From Camelus dromedarius (taxonomy: Eukaryota), in NCBI RefSeq assembly GCF_036321535.1, contig NC_087438.1, forward strand, positions 2,730,001 through 2,794,000: 64,000 nucleotides of DNA. The letters run 5' to 3'. Both the position numbers and the translations under genes were made by a program. Of this stretch, positions 36,869 through 47,940 are shown piece after piece. Position 1 is the stretch's first letter, and each line of letters begins with the position of its first letter. The notes beneath the pieces are model-generated. The model saw only the letters and a program-made list of their open reading frames with translations. It was not told where the DNA came from and made no database searches.

Positions 36869-39800
36869 TCAGTAGTACCACAGCCACACAGCCAGAAGAC
36901 GCCTGCCTGTGATCTGTGTCTGCTGCACCCGTCCCCAGCCGGGCAGGTCCCAGGGCTTGGCGAGCTGGCAACGTCAGGACACCAGTGGCCCAGGAGCAGG
37001 AGCGGAGCCTTGGTAAGGCCCGAGGTCCTGGCAAAGCGGGCTTCTAAACTGCTCACTGCTGCTCAGAAACGCCCGGCAGAGGTCCCCTCTGTTAACACCC
37101 CCTCCCATCTGTTTTCTGCAGTTTGCCATCCTGCCTGGAAATAGTTCAGCTTTTGCTGGAACAATTGTCAAGTTGGCATAGTTGACGTACAGTTATTTAT
37201 TTATTTGTTTGTCATTTATTTATCAATCAGTCAAAATCCTCTCTCATGTCCCTTTGGAAATGCTCTCTCAAAAGTGAAGAAAAGCCACTGTTTCCGTCGC
37301 GAAGGAGCATAAAGGTGTCGGTCAGGGTGCGCGGGGATGGCCGGCATCGGTCCCGGGCAGAGCTGTGCGAAGCCCGCTCCCCGCAGAGCGGATGAGCCGG
37401 CAGGTGGGGGCAGCCCCGGAGATTCTGTTTACACATCACTAATGAAGTGACGCTGGCTCTTTTCACTTGCTGGACACTTTGAAATGCACGGAGTGACCGC
37501 GTCCCTCCATGGAAACACACGGGAGCGGAACCCACAGCGGCCTCGCCGTGGGGGCACACAGCGCCGGGGGTGCAGCAGGTTTGTGTTAACCCTGTCCGTC
37601 AGGAGGGAGGGAGGCTCAGGGGCCGGGAAAGCAGTGATTGGAGTCGCCAGGCGAGCGGGGCTGCCCCCAAACGTCCCGGCCTGGACCGGCTGTCTTCCTG
37701 CACAATGAAAGGCCCTTTGAAAGCCCAGCCTTGGGAGCAGCACAAGAAGTGGAAGTCACTGCGCCCTCTGAATGAAATAAATGTCTCCTTTGAACGCCTG
37801 TAAGGTCTGTGTAAATTCCCCCAGCGCAGCATCATTAGGATTCCGCGGGAAAGACGCATACATTAGACCACACTGTGTCCCTTTTGTGTAGTAAACATCA
37901 ACTCTCTCCTGCCACTGGTCGAGTCTAAAAGCTGAAACAAAGTGGGGGCTCCTGCTGGGGAAAAGAGCTGCACCGGCCACTGAAGCCACCTTTGTGTTGG
38001 GAGCCTCATTTGAATAAACAGCATGTTGTCCCTGGGGAAGGCAGACCCTCCAGCGCTGCATCCCCGCAGAGAGGGAGAGACAGAAGGGTGTATTCATTTT
38101 GTCCTTTCATTGCACTAAAACATCTCTGGGACGACTGAATTTCCCAACTACACACAAATGCGACCCAGGGGAGACGCAGTGCTATTTGTGAGGCTCAGAC
38201 GGGTCACTGCCTGGGATAAGACGTCCAGTTACTTTATCCGGAGGCTTCCCCCTTCCCACACTGGCTCTCTCTGTCCCCTTGGAAAGCCCAGGGAACCGGG
38301 GAGAGCCTTGGACCGGGTTCTGGGCTGTTCTCACCTTGCATTTTCAGCTGTGGCGAGACTTAAACACTGCATCATGGGCAGAACAAGTGGTCGGGGAGAT
38401 TTAGGACTGCAGATAAAATATGACTTGAAATGAGGCTTTCAAGTCATATTATGTTCTTCCTTTTAGGTCCGCAGAGATTTGTTACATGGTCAGGTCCTGT
38501 TAGAATGGCTCCCATCTTTGCCGTCCAGCCGTCAGGAGGTCACAAGCATAGCTGCAGTGCCCTGGATTTGGAGAGGAAAGAGGGTCGGGGAGCCCTGCTT
38601 GTGAACATGCATATAGTTCGCAATTTGCAGGAAGTTGTCCAGATCGCTGGGGGAGGGGGTGTGGAGCTAGGGTCTCTTTGCTTGGAAACTACCACCGTCC
38701 CGCCTGCGTCTTTGATGCAAGGGCGCCAGCAGCGTCTCCAGCCCTGGGGGAGAGAAATCACAGATGGCCCAATACTTCGTGTCTTGGGGTAGATTCAGGT
38801 AGGGTAGCAAGTGAGGGCTTCTGGGAAGCAAAAGCCGCAAGTAAAACATCGTGAAGGGAGCCTATGTGCAGAAACATTTCCCTGGCAGATTCTGAGACCC
38901 ACATTTCCATTCCTTTTGAATACAGAAAAAGGATTTACTTGAGCTACAACTTTTAAAGACTTTACTTTTGGGTTTGGACAAGGAGAAGAGGTTTAGTTTT
39001 GAAAATGTATTGATCATTTTCAGAACTCTTCTCTCAAAAACAAAAACAAAAACAATTCAAGAAAAATAAGCAATTAAAAAGCCCTTAATCTGCTTTAAGG
39101 TGTTGCAGGAAAAGTAGGACTTTTATACATGGGGAGACGACACTCTTCCCTAATCAGTTCAAATTTGTTTTGCTAGTTTGAAGTGTAAAAGTAACCTTAG
39201 CATAAAGTCTTTAAACATAGAAATCTAGGTAATCAGGAAAAGTTCACCACAAAGCTAGCATTCTGCACACCATTAAAATGATTACATATATAGTTTGTAC
39301 ATGCAGATCAAGCCATACTTAATTAAAACGCTAAATCTGTGAAATTCCTTTATAAATGTGCCTATGCTGGTCCGTTCCCATGCCTGTTTACCTTTGTTCG
39401 GTGTTAAACTGTGTGTGTGGTGTTGGTGGGGTTCTGTGTTATTTTCTCTGTTTCATTAAATGTGATGCTGGGATGCAACTTTACGATGCAGAGAAAAGAC
39501 GCTGCTGTTGCATGCACTTTAGGAGAGGGTGTAAATCCCCTGTAATGTATTGCTTGGATCACACACTTGACATAATTTAACATGGGCCACGTTCTCCCAG
39601 CATGTAAGTTAATACCTGGGTGCAAGGTCACGCGTGTGCACACTCTGTAAAACAGATCACGGAACAGCAAACAAGGCCCATGCCGTTCCCTGCTGTCACT
39701 CTTCACGATGAACACAGATGGCCCCACCGTGTCAGTCAGGGGCTGCCCTCGTCAATCAGGGGCTGCGTGGAGCCCTCGCCAGGTGTCTGGGCTGCACCCC

Positions 39801-40102
39801 ATTTGCTGTCTTGCCAGGGGTGGAAGAGAACCTTGAGGGGATAGACAAAAGGGAACAGTCCCCTGATGTTTATGCTCATCCGGGGTCAGATAATAAGATT
39901 CAGAGATGTGGATATACCTGAAGTTTCCCAAAAGGCTTTACTAATGGGACAGGGGAATTCAACCTCGATAAACTACTCATTGGTTGGAAAATAATGAAAT
40001 TTGCATTTATTTCACAGAAGATAGGTGATGGACTGAGAATTCTTTTTGTTTTTAGCAGTTAAGCAATTTTTTTCTTCCTTCCTTCAACAAATAACTTTCC
40101 CC

Positions 40103-40622
40103 TTTATTTTATTTAAAAAAATTTTAATTGAAGTGTAGTTTAATTACAGTGTTAGTTTCAGGTGTACAGTAAAGTGATTCAGTTCTACACACACACACAC
40201 ACACACACGTACACACACACGTTCCATTATATGTTATTACAAGAAATTAAATATAGTTTCCTGTGCTGTACAGTAGGTCCTTGTTGTTTATTTATTTTAT
40301 AAATAGTAGTGTATATCTTTTAATTCCAAAATCCTAATTTATCCCTTCCCCATGTTTCCCATTTGGTAACCATGTTTGTTTTTTACATCTGTGAGTGTGT
40401 TTTTGATTTGTAAATAGAATTTGTATTATTTTTTTAGATTCCACATATAAGTGATATCATATGATATTTGTTTTGGCTTACTTCACTCAATATGATAATC
40501 TCTAGATCCATCCATATTGCTGCCCATGGCATTATTATTGCATTATTTCATTCTTTTTATGGCTGAGTAATATTCCATCATATATATATATATATACACA
40601 CACATATATATGCACCACACTT
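40103..40622 (-). mobile_element. Artiodactyl-type L1 3' end with (AC)n and (AT)n tracts
   Basis: ttttaattgaagtgtagtt...ggtgtacagtaaagtgattcagtt...agattccacatataagtgatatcata...tttatggctgagtaatattcca. Confidence 0.88.
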
Positions 40623-40834
40623 TCTATTTTGAACATATCAAATGTATACCAACTTGAATTAATATAGAATATCCTCTGAGGATACAGAAGTGAATGAGTA
40701 GACTGAGTTGGCAGATTGAACACAAGGTTGTACTTTTACTCTCTCCCCTTCTCCTAATGTGAAAATGCATAAATTCAAGGAAAAGGAAGATAAAGTCAAC
40801 AGACTGTTGGGAAGAGAATGGCTGAGCACTGTTC

Positions 40835-41410
40835 CATTACTGTCACTGCGTGTCCAAGCACCCCAGGCAGTGCTGTGCAGTGACAACCACTGTCTTGTGT
40901 TCCTAGGTTCTCTGGCAGGAATCAGGAGGGGACAGCTTGCCTCTGCTCCATGCTGCCTGGAGCCTGAGCCAGAAGATCTGAAAGTAGGGTGACTGGGAGG
41001 CTGCGGGCTGACCCTGACTACTCCATCATCACGTATGGGGTGGTGAGTGCTTGGGCCCTGCTGGATTTGTCAGCTGGACCAGCCATAGGAGGAGGCCTTT
41101 CCATGTTGTCTGAAATTCCTCCCAGCACGGCTGCCTCAGGATAACCAGACTTCTTCCCTGGCAGCTCAGGGCCCCATAGTGAGTTCTTCTGCTAAACAAG
41201 GCTAACATGTGCCCTCCTTTTTGACCTAGACTTGGAAATAATGAAGCATCACTCCTGCTATGTTTTCTTAGTTTGACATAATGCATATGTTCGGGTTCAA
41301 AAGGAAGAGAATTCGAGTCCACCTAGTAACGGGGGAGTGACCAAGTTCTGGGAGAGCATGCGGAGTGAGAGACGTTACTGTGGGCGTCCTTGAAGACCAC
41401 CACCTATCGC
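40835..41410 (-). mobile_element. MaLR LTR (MLT1G/H-like)
   Basis: ggggacagcttgcctctgctcca; cagacttcttccctggcagctcagggc; tttgacctagacttggaa; gcatcactcctgcta; gagtccacct. Confidence 0.75.
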
Positions 41411-41999
41411 CAGCGGTAATGGACAAAGCTCACCAGAGAGCTGGGCCAAGCCTGCTTGGAGGAGGGAGGGAACACTGTTAAGGTGCAGGTAGTTCCTTGC
41501 TTCAAAGCCAGGTGGATGCAGGCAGTGTGGGTATTGCTGAAGGCAGAGTGCAGGGGGTCCTGAAAATGAGCCCATCTTTATAAGAAGCCTCTGCACCCCA
41601 GATTCCTGCCCTTTCGTGCACAGATGGGGACCACCTTTCTCTGCTCGGGCAGCACGGAGGAGGGACTCCCTGGGATCATTAAATGCGAAGACCTTGTAAC
41701 AGGAGGGCAGTCACTCTGCTAACTGTACCCAAACTGAAGGTTACAGAAGTTTGCATCCCACATGATGAAGCCCCACGGCTGCTGCTTCATCAGCTCCCCT
41801 AGCTCAGATTCCCTTCCTCGGATGATTTCTCTCCCAGGAAACAGGTTGAAACAGGAGAAGAGACACCCAGATGGCATCTGGATGGTCCTAGTGCAGCAGC
41901 CCCGTCTATCCTCCATCACCTCAAAGTCAGACCCCAGTCAGCAGGCTCCACCCTCCACCCAGAGCCTGGGAAGACTTTTTTCTGCTCCTTTTTTTAAAT

Positions 42000-43400
42000 A
42001 TGAATGAAGCACCAAGAAGCACCAGACACTCAATGACAGCCGGAGACCAGAGTAAACAGAGATGAAAGGGGCATGGAGTCAGCAGTGACAGAGCGGGGAG
42101 GAGAAGGCGTCGCAAAGAAGACTTTTCCTCCATAAGCTGAGAGCCAGCTGCCACCAGAACAAACATTTCACAAGAAAGTGTTCTGGAAAATTAATAGATG
42201 TAATGTATAAATATGTCTCTACGTGAATTATATATGATCTACACATATTTTATGTTTACATTTAAACATATAAATTGCACATATATATGTGGGAACTAAA
42301 AAAAAATAATAAACAAAGAACAAGATGGGGAAAAATAGAGAGTCTTTTATACTGTAGACCAAAATACAAAGAGATGGAAAATAGGAGAAAAAGGATGAGA
42401 GAACTAGAGGACTGGTCCCTGTGCTTCATTATCTGACTAATAAGAAACAAAACAGAGAAATGGAAATTTTTTTAAAAATAAAATGAAAGAAACTATAGGA
42501 TTCTGTCAGATGCTGCATGAAGATTCTATTGATTACCCAGCACATTAAATGGTTTTTAAAAAGCTGCAGACACACACACTGTGATAAAACTTCAGAACTC
42601 TGGGACTGAAGAGAAGAATCCAAACCAGGCCAGGAGCGAGAGGAGCGACCCAGAGCCGTCTGGCGGGTGGGGAGGGGGCAAGGCTCGGGGTGCGCCTCCG
42701 CTGGAATTCCTCGTCCCGCTGCGCCGGACGCCAACTGTGAAGGCCAAGTAAAGGTCTCAGCTGCGGACCCGGGCGCTGCCGCCCGCCGAAGGCGCGCGGA
42801 GAACGTGGCCCACGGAAACCGGCATGTAAGTCAAGAAAAGGGGGAAGAGAGGCTTTAGGAAGTGGATCCCACGTGGGCAGGAGGCAGAGACGACTCCTGG
42901 AGGTCCAGGATGAGCGTGACATGGGCCCAGAGAACATGCTGCGCTGAGGCAGCGGGACTGAGGTCCAGAGGGAAGAAGACCGTGGAGCGGATCTTTTTTT
43001 TTTTTTTTTTTTTAATGTATTTTGGGAGGAGTTTGATAAATCTCGACCAACTTGTACATCGCAAATAACGCATATAAAAATCCTGATAATTCAAGAAACA
43101 GCAGAAAACTTGCGCAGACATGTCAGCACAACCACAGCGTGCACTGAGACCTCGATGGGAAGAAAACGCCTGTGAACATCGGCACCGAGTGCTGCTTCAG
43201 CCAAAATCTAACTGCGCGGACATTGAGCGCGGGTGTTGGAAGGAACGTTGGGTGAGAGATGGAGGGGCCGTCATATAAGTGAAGTAAGTTCTAACCTTTC
43301 TTTGGAGATGAATAGATAAGTTCTAATCATTTCCCAGGAACGGTTTATGTCTGAATTGACAGCTTCATTCTATACACATTTTGTATTTTCTGTATAACCA
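42000..43400 (+). mobile_element. HAL1/L1ME-like ORF1-region remnant
   Basis: aagagatggaaaataggagaaaaaggatgagagaactagagga; aaaacttcagaactctgggactgaagagaag; tcaagaaaagggggaaga...ggatccca. Boundaries approximate. Confidence 0.6.
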
Positions 43401-45540
43401 AAGGATTACTTCTATGCTAAGCCAGGTGTAAGAATATTGAGACCTCTTCACATGCGCAGTCATTCGATTTCAAAGGAAAAGTAGCTGATTGCTGGGTAGG
43501 CACATGCATGTCCACACACACATGGGTACAATGTGCGTGTACACGTACATACACATTTTCCCTCGCTTAAGACTGTTCTTTCATTCCCTTGTTGAACCCA
43601 GAGTTAAAGAGAACCAATGCAGAGGAACCACACGCTGTTAGCTTCCTGAAATACACTCTGAAGCTTTCCCCGGGGGTTCAGTTCTGCTTCGCGGATAGAC
43701 AAGTGTAACCTCACAGGTTCGAAGAGGAAGTGTCCAAGTTCACACAGCTCCCAAGCAGAAGGATGGAGACTCGACTAGACTCCGCCTGACCAAGTCTGCT
43801 TCCACCGTCTTCCCCAGGTTGCCCGGGCGGGTGTGGGGCAGACACGCTCAGGTGTGAAACACCAGGTAACTCCCAGAAAAGGGTGGGGGAGGCACACGTC
43901 TTCCGGCAGCTCAGATGAGGAGGTGCAGACCTCGTCATTCTCAAGACAGGTGAGGACCCTGATCTGCAGGGTCTCCTCCCCGTGTGGTAACTGCTGATGG
44001 AGACAGAGAGACACAGGCCCTGAGTTGAGAGCTAGCGTTGCTTCACTGTCATCCATTCAAGATTGTTCATTTGAGTTTCAGTTACATTTAACTTTGACCA
44101 CATTTAGGGAGAGACGAGAACCCGTCTGCTCGTCAGATGAGGAGCTGTCACTGCCAGATGCAAACCTGAGGCCGCCCAGTCTACATTGTGAATACTTTCT
44201 TCATAGATTCTCCCCTCCTGCTTTTATGGCCCTGAGGCATTTCTGAGTTCCCAGCAGTCCAGGGTATTCCAAAGACCCCGAGTCTTGGCAGTTTTTTTGG
44301 AGGCGGGGAGGTGCAGGGTGATGGTTTGTTTTTAGGAATCGTGAGGTTTCCTGCTACGTGAGGACACAACGTCAAAAGGGCTCGATTTAATTTCAAAATG
44401 ATAGATATTGTCTCCCCATCAGAGCAAACAGGGCTGGAAGAGGAGCTCAGAAGCAAGGGGCCCAGTGGGCTCCGGGTTTCCCGTCTGCCACCCCATCAGT
44501 GCTGCGTCTCCCGGTGGACACGGACTTCCCGCCCACGGTCTGCTCCCCTCTGCTGGTGGCCCTGGCCCGTAGCCCCAGGGGCCGTCCCCTCCAGCTGTGA
44601 GCACCCTGGGAGAGCAGGGGCTGAGCGTGGGGGCCCACCTTTGCCCTGGCCTTCACTCCCGCTCAGTGCCTCTCTGTCAAACACCGTCATGTCCGGGCAG
44701 ACCCCAGGAGGTGGGACCAGCTGTGCTGGGACTCTGGGCGGGCTGCGACAGGCATCTTTGACACCTGGAGGTTGGAGGCAGAGCTGAGCACCAAGAAGAG
44801 GGTGTTCGAGCCTGTGTGAGACCAGGGCCCTCAGCCTCAGTTTGGAGCAGGGAAGTCCTGACCCTCTTTCCCTCTTCGGCCAGGCTGAGCTGCAGTTTTG
44901 CTTGCAGCTAAAAGACTAATGGAACCCCAGATGCTTCCTCACCCCAGCCTGCTGGCCTCCATGTCCTCGTAGACCTTACCCCAGAAAAAGGGCTGCTTGC
45001 GCTCAGCAAACACACAGAGAGGAGGCCCCCGTGGTAAAATCAGAAGCAGTGAATGCTGAATTTAAGTTTGTGGTCCATTTACATCTTTACAGAGTAGCAG
45101 CAGCCTAAGCTTTTTTGAGAATCTTCAAGAAAACAGAAGAAATGAATACATTCTTTCCTGTGGTTCTGAGCAGCTCTGTGGTTCTGACCACCAAGAACCC
45201 CTTCCTGTCACCCTGTCTCACTCCAACAAGAGTCTCTGAGTCTCTGTTTTCGGCACAAACGGTGTGGTGTCCCAGTCATCCTGCAAATCAGGCTCCTCAC
45301 CCCTGCAATCGGCCGTTTTTTCCAGGATTTGGACTGGCGGCACCGCGGGCGGCACTGCCTCCTCGTAACTGTGCCCCATGTCTGCTCACTGCTGCCAGGC
45401 TGGGGTTACTTCTGCCTTTTTCATAAGCAGAGCCAGAAGTCACAGGTTTCTTGAAATGAGAATAAACAGTTCATGAGAATATTCCAATTTGAATTTAGTA
45501 TTATAAGACTTACCTTTTGATCTTTTTTGTACTCATAAAT

Positions 45541-45725
45541 TTTATTTTATTTTTTATTGAAGAATAGTCGGTTTACACTGGTGTGTCAATTTCTGGTCTA
45601 CAGCATGATGCTTCAGCCATACATATGCATATATTTGTTTTCACATTCTTTTTCATTATAAGTTACTACAAAATATTGAATATAGTTCCCTCTGCTATAC
45701 AGTAGAAACTTCTTGTTTATTTTAT
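45541..45725 (-). mobile_element. Short artiodactyl-type L1 3' end
   Basis: ttttattgaagaatagtcggtttacac...tattgaatatagttccctctgctatacagtag. Confidence 0.85.
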
Positions 45726-45729
45726 TTTA

Positions 45730-45866
45730 TTATTTTATTTTTTATTTCTTTTTTAAAAATTTTTATTATTTTTTTGAAGGAGGAAGTGACTAGATTTGTT
45801 TGTTTATTTGTTTGTTTGTTTATTTATATGATTTTAATGGAGGAAGTAGGGATTTAACTCAGGACC
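45730..45866 (-). mobile_element. 5'-truncated Vic-1-type SINE
   Basis: The reverse complement reads ggtcctgagttaaatccctacttcctccattaaaa...(aaac)n...aaaaaa, the same 3' half as the SINE at 36766. Confidence 0.7.
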
Positions 45867-45869
45867 CGA

Positions 45870-46230
45870 TCTTATAATTCTATTCCTTTTCTCTTTACTA
45901 AAAATTTTGTTTCTGTAGCATTAATATCTTTACTTATTTACTTCTTTCCATAGTGCACACACTCACATGGTTTCAAAATTTTTAAGAAATGCTAATATTA
46001 ATACAGAATAAGACCCCTAAATGATGTCTATATTTTCTATACACTTCCATTTATCCTTAAAAAATATTCTAGTTAGTATGCCCTCAAAATATTGTCTCTT
46101 AAAGTAAGTCAGTTTATTTGTTGACCCTAAAGCAGTTGAAGTGATTCTTTTTCCTGTGGTTATGTAACCAGCTTGTCACACAGTGAGGGTCATTAATTTC
46201 TTTTGCATCTAATTATAAAATACTTGAAAT
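45870..46230 (-). mobile_element. HAL1/L1ME-like remnant
   Basis: tttacttatttac...atccttaaaaaatattc...ttcctgtggttatgtaaccagcttg. Parallels the block at 51250-51490. Confidence 0.5.
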
Positions 46231-46682
46231 ATTACATTTTATGAGGTGATTATTGTATTATTCTTGGTGGGATGCATTTGATTTCCTGTAATTTGATAAT
46301 ATGGGTTAATGCTTCCTTTCAGATTGTAAATTTGAAAACTTCATAAATTAATTTTACCAAACCTTCTAGATTTATGTATTTATTAAAGCATGCTGTTCAC
46401 AGTGACAGCCTTCAAAGGGCCTTCCAAATAAATACTTGACCTTAGTGTTTTCAATGAAATAAAATGACAATTATTTTAAAAGAGTAGGAAAACATAACGT
46501 TACACAAAATTTACTCTCCCAAGGAAATGCAATTAAGCCTTGCCATTACACTTTTGCTAAATGAATCATCCTCCTCCAGTTTAAGGGAAGAGGCCAGGAC
46601 AGAACTGGAACTCTTGGATAACTCAGTCTGGGTTTCTGTTCTCTGCCTTCAGTATATCCAATTGCCCATACATCATTTTTCA

Positions 46683-46688
<6 letters not shown>

Positions 46689-46713
<25 letters not shown>

Positions 46714-46730
46714 TTGTATGTGTGTGTGTG
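46689..46730. repeat. (TG)n microsatellite, imperfect
   Basis: Read directly from the sequence. Confidence 0.9.
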
Positions 46731-47329
46731 CTCTGAACTCTTTCAATTAACTTGACCAAATAGCAGTCAAACCAAGTACATCATTAGACTGTACTTGGGT
46801 TCCGAATCTTGGATTCCCAACCATCCATGAGGTATCAAACCATTTCCTGAACATTCGGAGACACTAACCACTCACATATGCAATTAAAGGAACACTTATT
46901 CTTTAGGGAAAATTTTTTTTGTTCTGATTGTTTCTCAAGTAAATGCCAAATACCTCTCAAGAATTTGGAGATTTGGGAATCAATCAATGGTTTTCTTCAA
47001 ATAACCAGAAATTAGGACACGTCCACTTCAGTGACGTACAATCTCTGATTCTCGTTTGACTTCTACCAAATGTTTAACAATCTTTATTCCATGTGGATTG
47101 CTGTAGCTTTTCACCATATTGCTGTAACATTCGGAGTTTGACAATTATATCATGCATTCAGCCGGGAGCTTCCTAAATTGGATGTAAGGTGCATTGCTTC
47201 AACAGAATGGCCTCCTTCTGATGTATTTGGCCTGGTGTAAAATTAAGGCATTTTCTTCTTTCCTTCCCCACCATTCCAAACTGTATCAGCCGTTACTGAG
47301 TGCCCCATAACTGCATTTCCAACAAAGAT

Positions 47330-47940
47330 TACACAGATATTCCTGTCCAGCTGCATGTCCTGAAGGGCTGTTCTGTGGTCTTCCGATCAGTAAAAATGCA
47401 ATAACATTTTCACATAGTCAATATTTAATTCTGTAAATGCAACTGGTAGTTGTAATCTCGGTTATTAAGCACACCGTGATTTATGAGGGGGGGCAGACAG
47501 TGGTGGGGGTAAACCAGTAGGAAGGTCCTCTGGTGACAATAAAAAAGTTATAAATTTCATAGCTCTGCCTGAGAAATATATTTATATCCTGTATTAAGAA
47601 TAGCTTTTTATAAATTTTAATGATCCATGTTATTAATGGGGCTGTCATCATCACTGCCTATATGAAACTACAGTCCTTGTTTTTTTTTTCTTTTACTTTT
47701 CCATCAGCTGAAGGTCTTGTGAAAAAAAAAAAAGAGCTCTTATTAGCAATTTGCCAAAAAAACCTTTAAGAGTTATAAGCCTATCATTGTTTCCCCGGAC
47801 TGCAGAGTCTGTGAGCAGTAGTTTGCATAAAGTTTTATGACCGAGGTGCTGGCTGTACTAATTGGATGGAGCACAATCCGTGCTCTATCATGTTTACAAA
47901 GGCCGAGTCAATATGCAGGAATAAACCCAGGGCCGTATCA
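47330..47940. promoter_or_regulatory. Candidate conserved non-coding enhancer (PBX-HOX, MEIS, HOX13/CDX and FOX motifs)
   Basis: TGATTTATG 47477; TGACA 47534 overlapping CAATAAAA 47537; CTGTCA 47642; TTTTATGA 47833; TGTTTAC 47891; repeat-free. Confidence 0.5.

Noticed and set aside
46772..46798. Perfect 9-bp inverted repeat CCAAGTACA...TGTACTTGG
   Set aside because: Too short for a pre-miRNA, and expected by chance in 64 kb.
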